From the IMG/VR virus record IMGVR_UViG_3300048835_000959, positions 1 through 61,507 of that record: a DNA stretch of 61,507 bases; one strand, 5' to 3'. A program made the position numbers and the translations under genes. The notes under the pieces are model-generated. The model saw nothing but the letters and a program-made list of their open reading frames with translations. It was not told the DNA's origin and did no database searches. Below are positions 1 to 8,375 of the stretch, piece by piece (position 1 is the stretch's first letter; the number at the start of each line of letters is the position of its first letter). The stretch is from a virus (lineage: Duplodnaviria > Caudoviricetes).

Positions 1-813
1 TCATTGCAAGTTACTCCTTTGCAAGGGACTGGGATGACGAAACGCGACGCGCCTACAAGGACACAACGCGCACTGAGGAATCGACTTGGTTTCGAGGAAT
101 GAGCGAAGCTCGTCGTCGCTCGCTGTTGGCGGGCAAGATTCGTAATCACGGAACAAATCCCACTCCGAAATAGATTCGAGGCGGGCTTTTGTCTCTAGCT
201 GTGGCCAATACGCGAGTGCGGGGCATTTTGCTAGGCAACCATTCACAAGCTGGGTGCAAGCTCGCTGCATACAAACGCGATATGCGGCATCTGGCTCGGA
301 ATTGAAAGGCATCGGCTTGCCATCGACGATGTTGTATTGCCGCATCCAGCCTTTGTGCGACTTGCGAATGTTGATGCGAAGCTTCGGATACTGCTTACGC
401 CAACTCCACACGATCGCTTTAACTTCACGAAACCGATCGAGGTAGTCTTGATGTGTTCCATGCTGGCTGATTTCAAGTTGGCACTCTGTATCAACGAGAA
501 CCCGCGGCAACTCAGGGAAGCGGTGCAGGAAGAATCCATTGGTGACCAGCATCAGTTCACTGTCGTACCAATGTTGTCGAGCGACTTGAATGTGTTCCAA
601 GATCGCAGGATTGAGCAACGGTTCGCCGCCGAGCAAAGCGAATCGCGCTGGCTCAAGTCGATGCGACCATAGCGAGTACTCGGACTCAGCGTCGGCGAGC
701 GTTGGCAGCTTGCCTGCCAAGTGAAAGTTGCTGTAGTGGCTGCACTGCCGGCAGGACAAGTTGCAACCATGAGCAACGTGATACTCAAGTGCGGGCAAGC
801 TGAAGCGTTGCAT
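1..813 (-). CDS. Radical SAM domain protein
   Basis: CNLSCRQC (CxxxCxxC), GGEPLL and VTNG motifs, Cys-rich C-terminus; ATG at 813 preceded by AAGGAG. Confidence 0.85.
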   Translation of the reverse strand: MQRFSLPALEYHVAHGCNLSCRQCSHYSNFHLAGKLPTLADAESEYSLWSHRLEPARFALLGGEPLLNPAILEHIQVARQHWYDSELMLVTNGFFLHRFPELPRVLVDTECQLEISQHGTHQDYLDRFREVKAIVWSWRKQYPKLRINIRKSHKGWMRQYNIVDGKPMPFNSEPDAAYRVCMQRACTQLVNGCLAKCPALAYWPQLETKARLESISEWDLFRDYESCPPTASDDELRSFLETKSIPQCALCPCRRVAFRHPSPLQRSNLQ

Positions 814-1804
814 CGTCGCCCTCCTTGATCCGAAGTTTGAATCGACGAGCATTTACGCCCAGACGGATGAGAAACCGAGTTAGAACTAAATGCGATGAAA
901 ACGTTTCATCCAAGCTCGTCAGTCTCTCGTCGTAAACCGTCAGCTCATCGGACCACGTTCCTGAAACGAGCAGCTTCGGATAAACAGACAGAAGATTCGC
1001 TGCGAGATCTGGTCGGAAGATTGAGCCAATGTCGTAGCTCGTTGGCGGATCGTCTTTCCACTCGTTTATCAGTTCGAACGATTGACGATTGTCAGGAAAT
1101 GGCAACTCGGGTGGATTGCTTCGCTGCCAGTGACAGCGATCAAGATGCGGCTTGCTAGGGCCAATGAAGTGGTAGACAAAGGATTGCATCACTGGATTGG
1201 TTGCCCACTCAGGCGTCTGCAACATACTGACGTTGAAGTCAGGCGGCAGAAACGTGATGGTCTCGGCGTGATCGTTCCACAGTTGGTTGATGATCAGCGA
1301 CTCGTCGGTGGCTTGATCGTTGGCTCCAAAAGTAACGATTAAGTACTGAATGATTCGCTCGAACATGCGTGCAAACGTTTCGGTGTCGTACAAATACAGT
1401 CCACCGTTTGGATGCATCCAAGTCGGCGCGGGATTGAGGCGACATCGTTTGGCCCAAATTTCGTGCGCTGTCTTTTGCCACCCACCGTTGTCGATTCGGT
1501 TTTGAGCGCACTGCCTTTCGCCAACCATTGCGAACTGGCCAGGTTCGGCCAACGCGAACGGCGACGGACAGTCGCTGCGAATAACCATGTCGTTGTCGAT
1601 TTGCAGGACATGCGACGGACCGAACCGCTTTGCAACATCACCACAAACGAACATCTTTTGCCAAAATGGATGGCATGGTTGCAGAGGACGGCGAATCCAA
1701 TGCAGCTCGACGTTCCATCTCTCGGCAGCAGCTTCGACACTCTCTCGCACCGTCGGTACCGCACGGCGCGGTGGTAAATCCAGAATTGCGATGACTCGTT
1801 TCAT
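785..1804 (-). CDS. Putative GT-A glycosyltransferase (GT8-like)
   Basis: WQK..IDND DxD motif, NGG, DESLIN and YHFIG..KP motifs; ATGA overlap with the upstream gene. Confidence 0.65.
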   Translation of the reverse strand: MKRVIAILDLPPRRAVPTVRESVEAAAERWNVELHWIRRPLQPCHPFWQKMFVCGDVAKRFGPSHVLQIDNDMVIRSDCPSPFALAEPGQFAMVGERQCAQNRIDNGGWQKTAHEIWAKRCRLNPAPTWMHPNGGLYLYDTETFARMFERIIQYLIVTFGANDQATDESLIINQLWNDHAETITFLPPDFNVSMLQTPEWATNPVMQSFVYHFIGPSKPHLDRCHWQRSNPPELPFPDNRQSFELINEWKDDPPTSYDIGSIFRPDLAANLLSVYPKLLVSGTWSDELTVYDERLTSLDETFSSHLVLTRFLIRLGVNARRFKLRIKEGDDATLQLART

Positions 1805-2529
1805 TTCCAAAGTACCTTCCTTAATCCGTGTTTACGAAGTGCAGCTCTTAAGAACACTGGTCGATGCCGCTTGTAGGCCGGCGGATCGACATGGATGTGC
1901 GGGAACACATGGTCCATCGCCACTCCAACCCTGACGCCGGCAATCTTGGCTCGCCAGAAGAAGTCCCAGTGCTCATCGACCTTGAGGTCTTCATCCCAGC
2001 GAATCGCCTGCAAGATGTCTCGATGGGCAACAAAGCAGTTACAAACGAATGCGCACTCGGCAATGTCACCGATGCGTCGATACTCGCCACGAGGAATGTG
2101 CAGAACGCCGCCTGAGGAATTGAGTAGCCGGGGCGTTCCATCTGGATGAGGGCGATGGGGCTGCTTACTGAGTGTTGCCAATAGATCAAGGCGACTCAAT
2201 TCGAACTTGCGCACGAGATCATTCAGTCGTGTCTGCGGACCAACGACGTGATCGTCATCGGAGAAGATCACCATCCGAGTTTGCGCGGCTTCAACCAGAC
2301 GATTGCGACCAGCCGACAGTCCGATGTCATACTCGGTCTCAATGAGTCGGTCGACCATCGCGGCTTCATCAGGACAGGTCTGCGAGAATCGCAATTCAGG
2401 CTTCCCATCGTCGAGGACGTAGATCAACGGACGATCGTCCCCACAATACTCATAGATGCTGCGCACAAGCGTTGCGCAGCAATGAGGGCGATGGATAGTC
2501 TTGATGCAGAATGTGACTCGATCACGCAT
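1801..2529 (-). CDS. GT2-family glycosyltransferase
   Basis: TFCIKTIHRP, VLDDG, GLSAGRN, FSDDD and EHWDFF motifs; RBS GGAGG before ATG 2529. Confidence 0.8.
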   Translation of the reverse strand: MRDRVTFCIKTIHRPHCCATLVRSIYEYCGDDRPLIYVLDDGKPELRFSQTCPDEAAMVDRLIETEYDIGLSAGRNRLVEAAQTRMVIFSDDDHVVGPQTRLNDLVRKFELSRLDLLATLSKQPHRPHPDGTPRLLNSSGGVLHIPRGEYRRIGDIAECAFVCNCFVAHRDILQAIRWDEDLKVDEHWDFFWRAKIAGVRVGVAMDHVFPHIHVDPPAYKRHRPVFLRAALRKHGLRKVLWK

Positions 2530-3265
2530 GGACAATGCCTCCTCCTGGGTAGCGAAGTGAATCAAAGCCATGCTTGCGAAGCCCCAATCGGCGGAACTTG
2601 GGTCGAGCTCGCAGCGCTCCATATGGCTTAGCTGCAACGTGGTCGTGGACTACCGAGCAATCGAGCGCCACGGCGATTTGCAGATGTTCGATATGAGAGG
2701 CTCTATAGAAGAACTCCCAGTGCTCGTACGTTTTGATCTCGTCATCCCAGCGAACTCGGGCGATCGTGTCACGCCGCGCGAGGAATGCGTTGCTTACCAT
2801 GTCGCACCAACAGGTTTCGCCGATGCGTTTGCGTTCGCCTCGATGCATCCAGATGCGAGTTCCATTCATAAGTGGGCTGAATAGCATTGGCCGGCCGCCA
2901 GCATCTTGCCGTACAGCCAGAATGTCGAGGTCGTACTCAATGAACCTCTGGTAGACTCGGTCAAGATGCAGATCTGGCGTTACGATCTGATCATCATCCA
3001 GCAAAAAAATAAACTCGGTTTCTGCGGCGTCTATTGCTGTATTGCGTCCAACGCCGACACCCACATCGTGCTGCTGGAGATCAATCACTTTGCAGTGTTT
3101 GGCGGTCTCGGGATACTTGCGCGAGAACCAGTATTCAGGCAAGCCATCGTCAACGACCACGATCTTGGGCTCGACAAACTCCTTTCGAAGCGACTGGACG
3201 AGTCGATGGCAGGCCCAAGGCCGATGAATGGTTTTGATGCAGAAGGTAATGTCGTCGAACTTCAT
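2522..3265 (-). CDS. GT2-family glycosyltransferase (paralog of 1801..2529)
   Basis: TFCIKTIHRP, VVDDG, GVGVGRN, LLDDD and EHWEFF motifs. Confidence 0.8.
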   Translation of the reverse strand: MKFDDITFCIKTIHRPWACHRLVQSLRKEFVEPKIVVVDDGLPEYWFSRKYPETAKHCKVIDLQQHDVGVGVGRNTAIDAAETEFIFLLDDDQIVTPDLHLDRVYQRFIEYDLDILAVRQDAGGRPMLFSPLMNGTRIWMHRGERKRIGETCWCDMVSNAFLARRDTIARVRWDDEIKTYEHWEFFYRASHIEHLQIAVALDCSVVHDHVAAKPYGALRARPKFRRLGLRKHGFDSLRYPGGGIVHA

Positions 3266-3267
3266 GG

Positions 3268-4746
3268 TTAGCCAAACTTTCTTAATTGTGGGTTAACATG
3301 AGCGATTGCCGAATCGATCTCTTCGGAAGTGGGCTCAATGCCGAGGAATGCGATCAGTTCATTGATCACCGTTTCAGGATCTTCCGTTAGCTTGGCGAAG
3401 TTGATCCGATGGACGGGGACTTCGGGATGTTCTTGAATGAACGTCTCGCGATGTTCCAGAAGCGAACGCTGTAGCTTGTCGCAGGCTTCATCGCCGGCTG
3501 CGAACCATTGACCTGGATGTCGGCTACTTCGATCTTGAAGGGATCTAATCGAGGCTTCGATTGGGCGATCGACTGCGATGATTCGTAGCGAGTTATCGAG
3601 GTCTTCGTAGAGGTGGTTTGCGAATCGGCAGAGATGCGGATACTTGCCGCCTGCCACGGTTCGATCGCGAATGGCTTCTGCCTTCCGCGTTACGATCCAG
3701 GCCTTCAGTTGCTTGGCGAGCTGGCCGTCGGGAATCTTGGGATCGATCGCTGGGAATCGCATCGCCTTTTCACAAAGATTCGCTAGCCCGATCGCCTCGC
3801 CTCCGCCGGTAGCTTCGTAGCCACCGAGTTCGTTGCCCATATGAACGCCTAGATGATGCATGACCATCGCGACGCAACTGGTGCCACTGCGATGGGGCCC
3901 GAGGACGGCGAAGAACGGAGCGTCGCTGTGGTCGGCATTCTTGGCATCGTTAAAAAATCGCGTCTGCGTCCATTTGCGACCGCAGATGTTGGACTTGGTT
4001 GGAAGCTGACCAACTAGCCAGCGATCGGGTGTGTAAACAGGAATCGATTCTTTCTCAACGTTCTTACCTTGAACCAGCGCTTCGTAGCGCCGCTGAATCA
4101 ATCGACCCAGGTGATGATCGATGTGGTGCTTTAGGTGCCAGTCATTCCAGTTCAAGTGACGGTACAAAGCCTTCATCGTTGCGCGCCCGCGAACCATAAA
4201 GGCATGGGTGCGATTGACGTTGTAAGGTCGGTAAACGTGGTCGCTGATCTTCTTGGGCGGATGCTTGGCAGCGTACAGGTGCTGACCTCCGAGGTAAGCG
4301 AGGCCCCAGTCTTCAGGCAACTCACGAATGTATGCCTCAAGATGTTCCACGAAGTCCGGAACGAACCCCGCGTCATCTTCGAAGACCACATACGAGTCGA
4401 TCCCTTCGAGCAAACATTTCTCCAAGATCAGCAAGTGCGAACGGTAGCAGCCCCAGGCACCATTGCCGGCGCGCCACTGCTCGGGCGTCGAGAGCTTGCG
4501 ACCATCGATGGCTGCGAATCGCTCGACGTCTGGGAATGGCCATGGCTGCGGTAGTTGCTGCATCCATTCATGCAATCGATCATCACGGCGATCGAGATTC
4601 ATCAGGAAGCAACGTTCAACGATCTTCTTCGTCGGTATCTGGATCGTCTTCGTTGGGCTCGGGTGCACCGTCTGGGAACTTACGTTCAAACCTGCGGATG
4701 GCAGTGAGCACGAGTGACTTGGCGATGGTTCTAGTAAACTTTCCAT
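3268..4746 (-). CDS. GT25-family glycosyltransferase fused to a C-terminal sulfotransferase-like domain
   Basis: N-terminal NLDRRDDR, RFAAIDG, GCYRSH and VFEDD (GT25); C-terminal VLGPHRSGTS PAPS-binding loop; start uncertain. Confidence 0.75.
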   Translation of the reverse strand: MESLLEPSPSHSCSLPSAGLNVSSQTVHPSPTKTIQIPTKKIVERCFLMNLDRRDDRLHEWMQQLPQPWPFPDVERFAAIDGRKLSTPEQWRAGNGAWGCYRSHLLILEKCLLEGIDSYVVFEDDAGFVPDFVEHLEAYIRELPEDWGLAYLGGQHLYAAKHPPKKISDHVYRPYNVNRTHAFMVRGRATMKALYRHLNWNDWHLKHHIDHHLGRLIQRRYEALVQGKNVEKESIPVYTPDRWLVGQLPTKSNICGRKWTQTRFFNDAKNADHSDAPFFAVLGPHRSGTSCVAMVMHHLGVHMGNELGGYEATGGGEAIGLANLCEKAMRFPAIDPKIPDGQLAKQLKAWIVTRKAEAIRDRTVAGGKYPHLCRFANHLYEDLDNSLRIIAVDRPIEASIRSLQDRSSRHPGQWFAAGDEACDKLQRSLLEHRETFIQEHPEVPVHRINFAKLTEDPETVINELIAFLGIEPTSEEIDSAIAHVNPQLRKFG

Positions 4747-5188
4747 GGGGTAATCCTCTGAGTTGGGCTTCTTCCAAAAGCCATTCGATAATGGTGTCGA
4801 GATTCGTACGGCATCCCTCCACGCCCCAATCATTCATGGTCTCGGCGCGGGTCTCACACTTGCAGGTGTCGCTTGGTCTTGCGAACCATGCGAGCATCTT
4901 GCGAAGTTCACTTCCTGGCCCCGGCTTGTAAGCTGCGATCCGCAGGGTCGTGGGTTCTTCCTGATTGGGCAGGTAGCTCTTCAGCAGCGTTTTGAGTTCG
5001 TCGACGCTCTGGTTGCGTCGGCGTTTGTTGACGATGGCCATGCCGATCGTCACGAGGTTGACAGCTTGCGGATTCGAACACTCGCTGCAGGCTCGGCATC
5101 CGCTGGACGAAGCCTGGACGGAGCAGTCGGCCAAGTGACTAGCGACCTGACAGCGGTTGTCGTTAGTCAGATTGGGACAATGCATCAT
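4616..5188 (-). CDS. Cys-rich hypothetical protein
   Basis: 190 aa ORF coupled to the Ser-rich gene by an ATGA overlap; several Cys pairs. Confidence 0.6.
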   Translation of the reverse strand: MMHCPNLTNDNRCQVASHLADCSVQASSSGCRACSECSNPQAVNLVTIGMAIVNKRRRNQSVDELKTLLKSYLPNQEEPTTLRIAAYKPGPGSELRKMLAWFARPSDTCKCETRAETMNDWGVEGCRTNLDTIIEWLLEEAQLRGLPHGKFTRTIAKSLVLTAIRRFERKFPDGAPEPNEDDPDTDEEDR

Positions 5189-7584
5189 GCTGCCACCTCC
5201 ACAACTTCACCGTCGTACCCACCCGATCCACTCGGTGGATCGCCAACTTCGGGACAATCACTTTCAAGGAGCTGCCAACCGCAGGACCAGATCCATGTTG
5301 TATTGCAGGGCTCGCTCGTGCTGCTGTCGGAAGTTGGAGGTTCGCTTGGCGGTTCGCTATCGGAGTGACTGACGCTCGGACGATCCGACTCGCTGGTCGA
5401 TTGATCATGGGAGTCGCTTATTGATGGATCATTTGAATCGCTTGTCGATGGCGATGAGTCACTGCCTGAGCCGCTCGTTGATCCGCTTCCAGAGCCGCTT
5501 TGCGAATAGCTGCCAGAACCGCTGGTGGAATGGCTGGTCGACCAGGGAACGCTGTAGCTTTCACTTTCGCTGTAGCTGGGGCGGTCGCTGCTGGATCGGC
5601 TTTCTGAACCATCGCTGCTCGATGGCTCGCTCGTTGATCGCGATTCACTACCTGATTCGCTTTCCGACTGGCTTTGCGATTCGCTTTGCGATTCACTCTC
5701 GCTCTGGCTTGAGTCGCTGGCCGACACTGAACCACTGCCGCTTGAATAACTTGGCTGCGAGTAGCTCGGCCATGAGTAACTCGGCACCGAACGGCTATCG
5801 CTACTTGGATCTTGAGAATCCGATTGGCTTTCCGACTGGCTCTCGCTTTCCGAACTGATCGATTCGCTTTCGGAGCTGTCGGATTGGCTGCTGTCGCTTC
5901 CACTCGAATCGCTCTGGCTGGAATCGCTACCACTGGATGATCCCGAGTAGCTTGCGCTGTACGACTGGCTGTAACTGGCGTCGCTCGAATACGATTCGCT
6001 TGTTCGTGATGAATCTGAATCGCTAGATTCAGACTGGCTGGATTTTGATTCACTTGATTCGGACTGACTCGACTCCGATTTACTCGAGCTCGATCCACTG
6101 GAGCCGCTGGACTGGCTCGAATGACTCGAATCAGAGCTTGATCCGCTCGATGAGTGACTGCTTGAGTAAGAGGGCTCACTCAGTGAAATAGATTGGCTCG
6201 AGTCGCTAGAAGATCCGCTGGATGCAGATGATCCAGAACTTGATGATTGGCTTGAGCTTGAATGCGACGAGCTCGAGCCGGATGAACTCGAAAGACTAGA
6301 CGAACTCGATCCAGAACTTGAGACCGACGGTGCCGAGTAGGATTGCGACGAACTTGAATGCTCGCTCGACGATGAGCTCATCGAAGACTGGCTACTCGAT
6401 GAGCTGATGGAACTGGATGAACTCGATGAGACGCTCGAACTGCTCGACGAGGATGGACTCGATGAGCTACTGCCGGAGCTGCTGCTGGAGCTGCTCGACG
6501 ATGACGATGAACTCGAAGAGCTAGACGAGCTGCTGCTGGAACTTGAACTACTGCTTCCCTCGCAGCAGCGGCAGCCGATGGTTAGGTAAGCGCTGGTGTC
6601 CTCGTGGAAATGACAAACAATCTGTTGGCTTGTCAGAAGGGCATAGTCACAGACATTGTAGACCGCGACCTTGACTCCGATTGGTGCCCAGACACCGTTG
6701 GCATATCGCAGTTCACGAGCCATGCCCCAACTCTTAGCCTTGAGCCTCGAGACGGGTTTGCAGAGCAACGTTTGTTTTGGCGGGTCGATGATCCAGGAAT
6801 GATTGCCGTCGTAGGTGACGCTGAGATACTGACCATCGTCGTAATTGGAAACCGGACCTCGAATGCGCTGGGCGCTCGGGTTGCGAGCGATGATGCGAAC
6901 GCCTTGTCCATTCGGTTTCAGGACCGGCTCAATGGTGCCAGCATCGTCGAGCTGAAAGAGGTCGCAGTTGGCGGAACCGGTCGCAAGACCAGAGCGACCA
7001 GGGATACCACCGCTGGGAACCTTCACCAGGAACGCAGGATCGGCCGGCTTACCAACGCGAACGACAGCCCACTGGACGCCCGTTTGATTCGCATCGCGTC
7101 GCCATAGGATCTGGGCGGAGCCGCTGGGCGTTGACTGGAGTGTCGTACCTCCCGAGTCGGCTACATCAGCATATTGATGCCAGGTCTCTTGAACGTTCAC
7201 ACGGGCGGCGACGACGCCTGAGAATACCACGCGACCGACTTTGTCCTCGGCGATCGGCTCGATAGCTACTCCGAATCGTCCCATATGCTCGTCGACGATG
7301 GGACGAACCGACTGGATCGTCGCATCACGTACGAAACGAGCGAGTGCTGTATTGTCGACGTCTGGATCGCCCAGTGGGGCGTTAAAACCGACGATTCCAC
7401 CGATGGGCACAGTGGTCGCACTTTGATAGTGAACGCGAACGGTGGCAGCGTCGCGAACGTGGGTGCGGTTTCCTGCGCCACCTGCGAGTCGGTCACGCGC
7501 AACTGCATCGGCGGCCGCCAGCAGACGGTTGTATTCCGCTGCGGTGATATTGAGTCTTTCGCCTGGCCGAACTCGCCTTGCCAT
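5185..7584 (-). CDS. Putative distal tail/fibre protein with a ~415 aa Ser-rich mucin-like region
   Basis: Position two genes after the tape measure; beta-rich N-terminal ~345 aa, then poly-Ser/Ser-rich tract (about 5310-6555), short Cys/Trp tail. Confidence 0.65.
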   Translation of the reverse strand: MARRVRPGERLNITAAEYNRLLAAADAVARDRLAGGAGNRTHVRDAATVRVHYQSATTVPIGGIVGFNAPLGDPDVDNTALARFVRDATIQSVRPIVDEHMGRFGVAIEPIAEDKVGRVVFSGVVAARVNVQETWHQYADVADSGGTTLQSTPSGSAQILWRRDANQTGVQWAVVRVGKPADPAFLVKVPSGGIPGRSGLATGSANCDLFQLDDAGTIEPVLKPNGQGVRIIARNPSAQRIRGPVSNYDDGQYLSVTYDGNHSWIIDPPKQTLLCKPVSRLKAKSWGMARELRYANGVWAPIGVKVAVYNVCDYALLTSQQIVCHFHEDTSAYLTIGCRCCEGSSSSSSSSSSSSSSSSSSSSSSSSSSSGSSSSSPSSSSSSSVSSSSSSSISSSSSQSSMSSSSSEHSSSSQSYSAPSVSSSGSSSSSLSSSSGSSSSHSSSSQSSSSGSSASSGSSSDSSQSISLSEPSYSSSHSSSGSSSDSSHSSQSSGSSGSSSSKSESSQSESSESKSSQSESSDSDSSRTSESYSSDASYSQSYSASYSGSSSGSDSSQSDSSGSDSSQSDSSESESISSESESQSESQSDSQDPSSDSRSVPSYSWPSYSQPSYSSGSGSVSASDSSQSESESQSESQSQSESESGSESRSTSEPSSSDGSESRSSSDRPSYSESESYSVPWSTSHSTSGSGSYSQSGSGSGSTSGSGSDSSPSTSDSNDPSISDSHDQSTSESDRPSVSHSDSEPPSEPPTSDSSTSEPCNTTWIWSCGWQLLESDCPEVGDPPSGSGGYDGEVVEVAA

Positions 7585-8375
7585 TACTCGATCCCCAATG
7601 CGTTGAAGTTCGCTTCGGGGTAAACCTGTTCGACGTAGGCCGCTTCAGGAACTTGTAGGACGCGATCACCAACCACCTCTTCGCCATGCTTGACCCAGAG
7701 GTAATCCCAGCCTCGTTTCGCAACGCCAGAAATATTGCCAACCGTGAGGTTGATCTCGTTGGGACGCGCCGCGAAGTGATAGGTCACATCGACCCAGTTC
7801 TGTTCATCTTCGCCGCCTTCGCCTCCAAGGAACAATGCTTCTCCGGGAGCGAAGATCGACCAGGGACTTGAGTTAACACGGCCCGTCATCGCGACCATGG
7901 CGAGCAGGTAGGCAGTGGAGACAAACTCAAACTTTTTGCGGACAGAGAACTCGAACGCGGGAACGGTCACATCGACGCCGGCAACGCCCGAGTCGCTCAC
8001 ACCGATTGCACCTCGATAGTTCGGAGCGATCTTGCCTGGGGCGGCATAAATTCCACGAGTGATGAGCGACTGATTGAGATGCGTCGATGCGCCGGTGGTA
8101 TTGAACGAGACTGGATCGAGCTTGGTCCTGTTGATCGATGCGGTGACAAGAGCATGCTTCTCGTTGATGTACTCGCCATCAACTTGCAGGTACGGAATCA
8201 GATCCCGATGATTGCTGCGGTAGTACGACAGAAGCGCATCGGCCGCAGTTGCCGGATCAACGGCTCCCCCGTTTGTCCCAACGTACACGAACGTGTCGGC
8301 AGTCGACTTACCGCGAGTTGCCTTCTTGGACAGTGCTGCCAAGTCAAAATTGTATCCACCGTGTGAGAATCCCAT
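7584..8375 (-). CDS. Putative tail protein (distal-tail position)
   Basis: Directly follows the tape measure gene with a TAATG overlap; beta-rich composition. Confidence 0.55.
   Translation of the reverse strand: MGFSHGGYNFDLAALSKKATRGKSTADTFVYVGTNGGAVDPATAADALLSYYRSNHRDLIPYLQVDGEYINEKHALVTASINRTKLDPVSFNTTGASTHLNQSLITRGIYAAPGKIAPNYRGAIGVSDSGVAGVDVTVPAFEFSVRKKFEFVSTAYLLAMVAMTGRVNSSPWSIFAPGEALFLGGEGGEDEQNWVDVTYHFAARPNEINLTVGNISGVAKRGWDYLWVKHGEEVVGDRVLQVPEAAYVEQVYPEANFNALGIE

Noticed and set aside
5310-6555. Ser-rich tract as a tandem DNA repeat or assembly artefact
   Set aside because: Codons are heterogeneous with no exact nucleotide period; the low complexity is at the protein level
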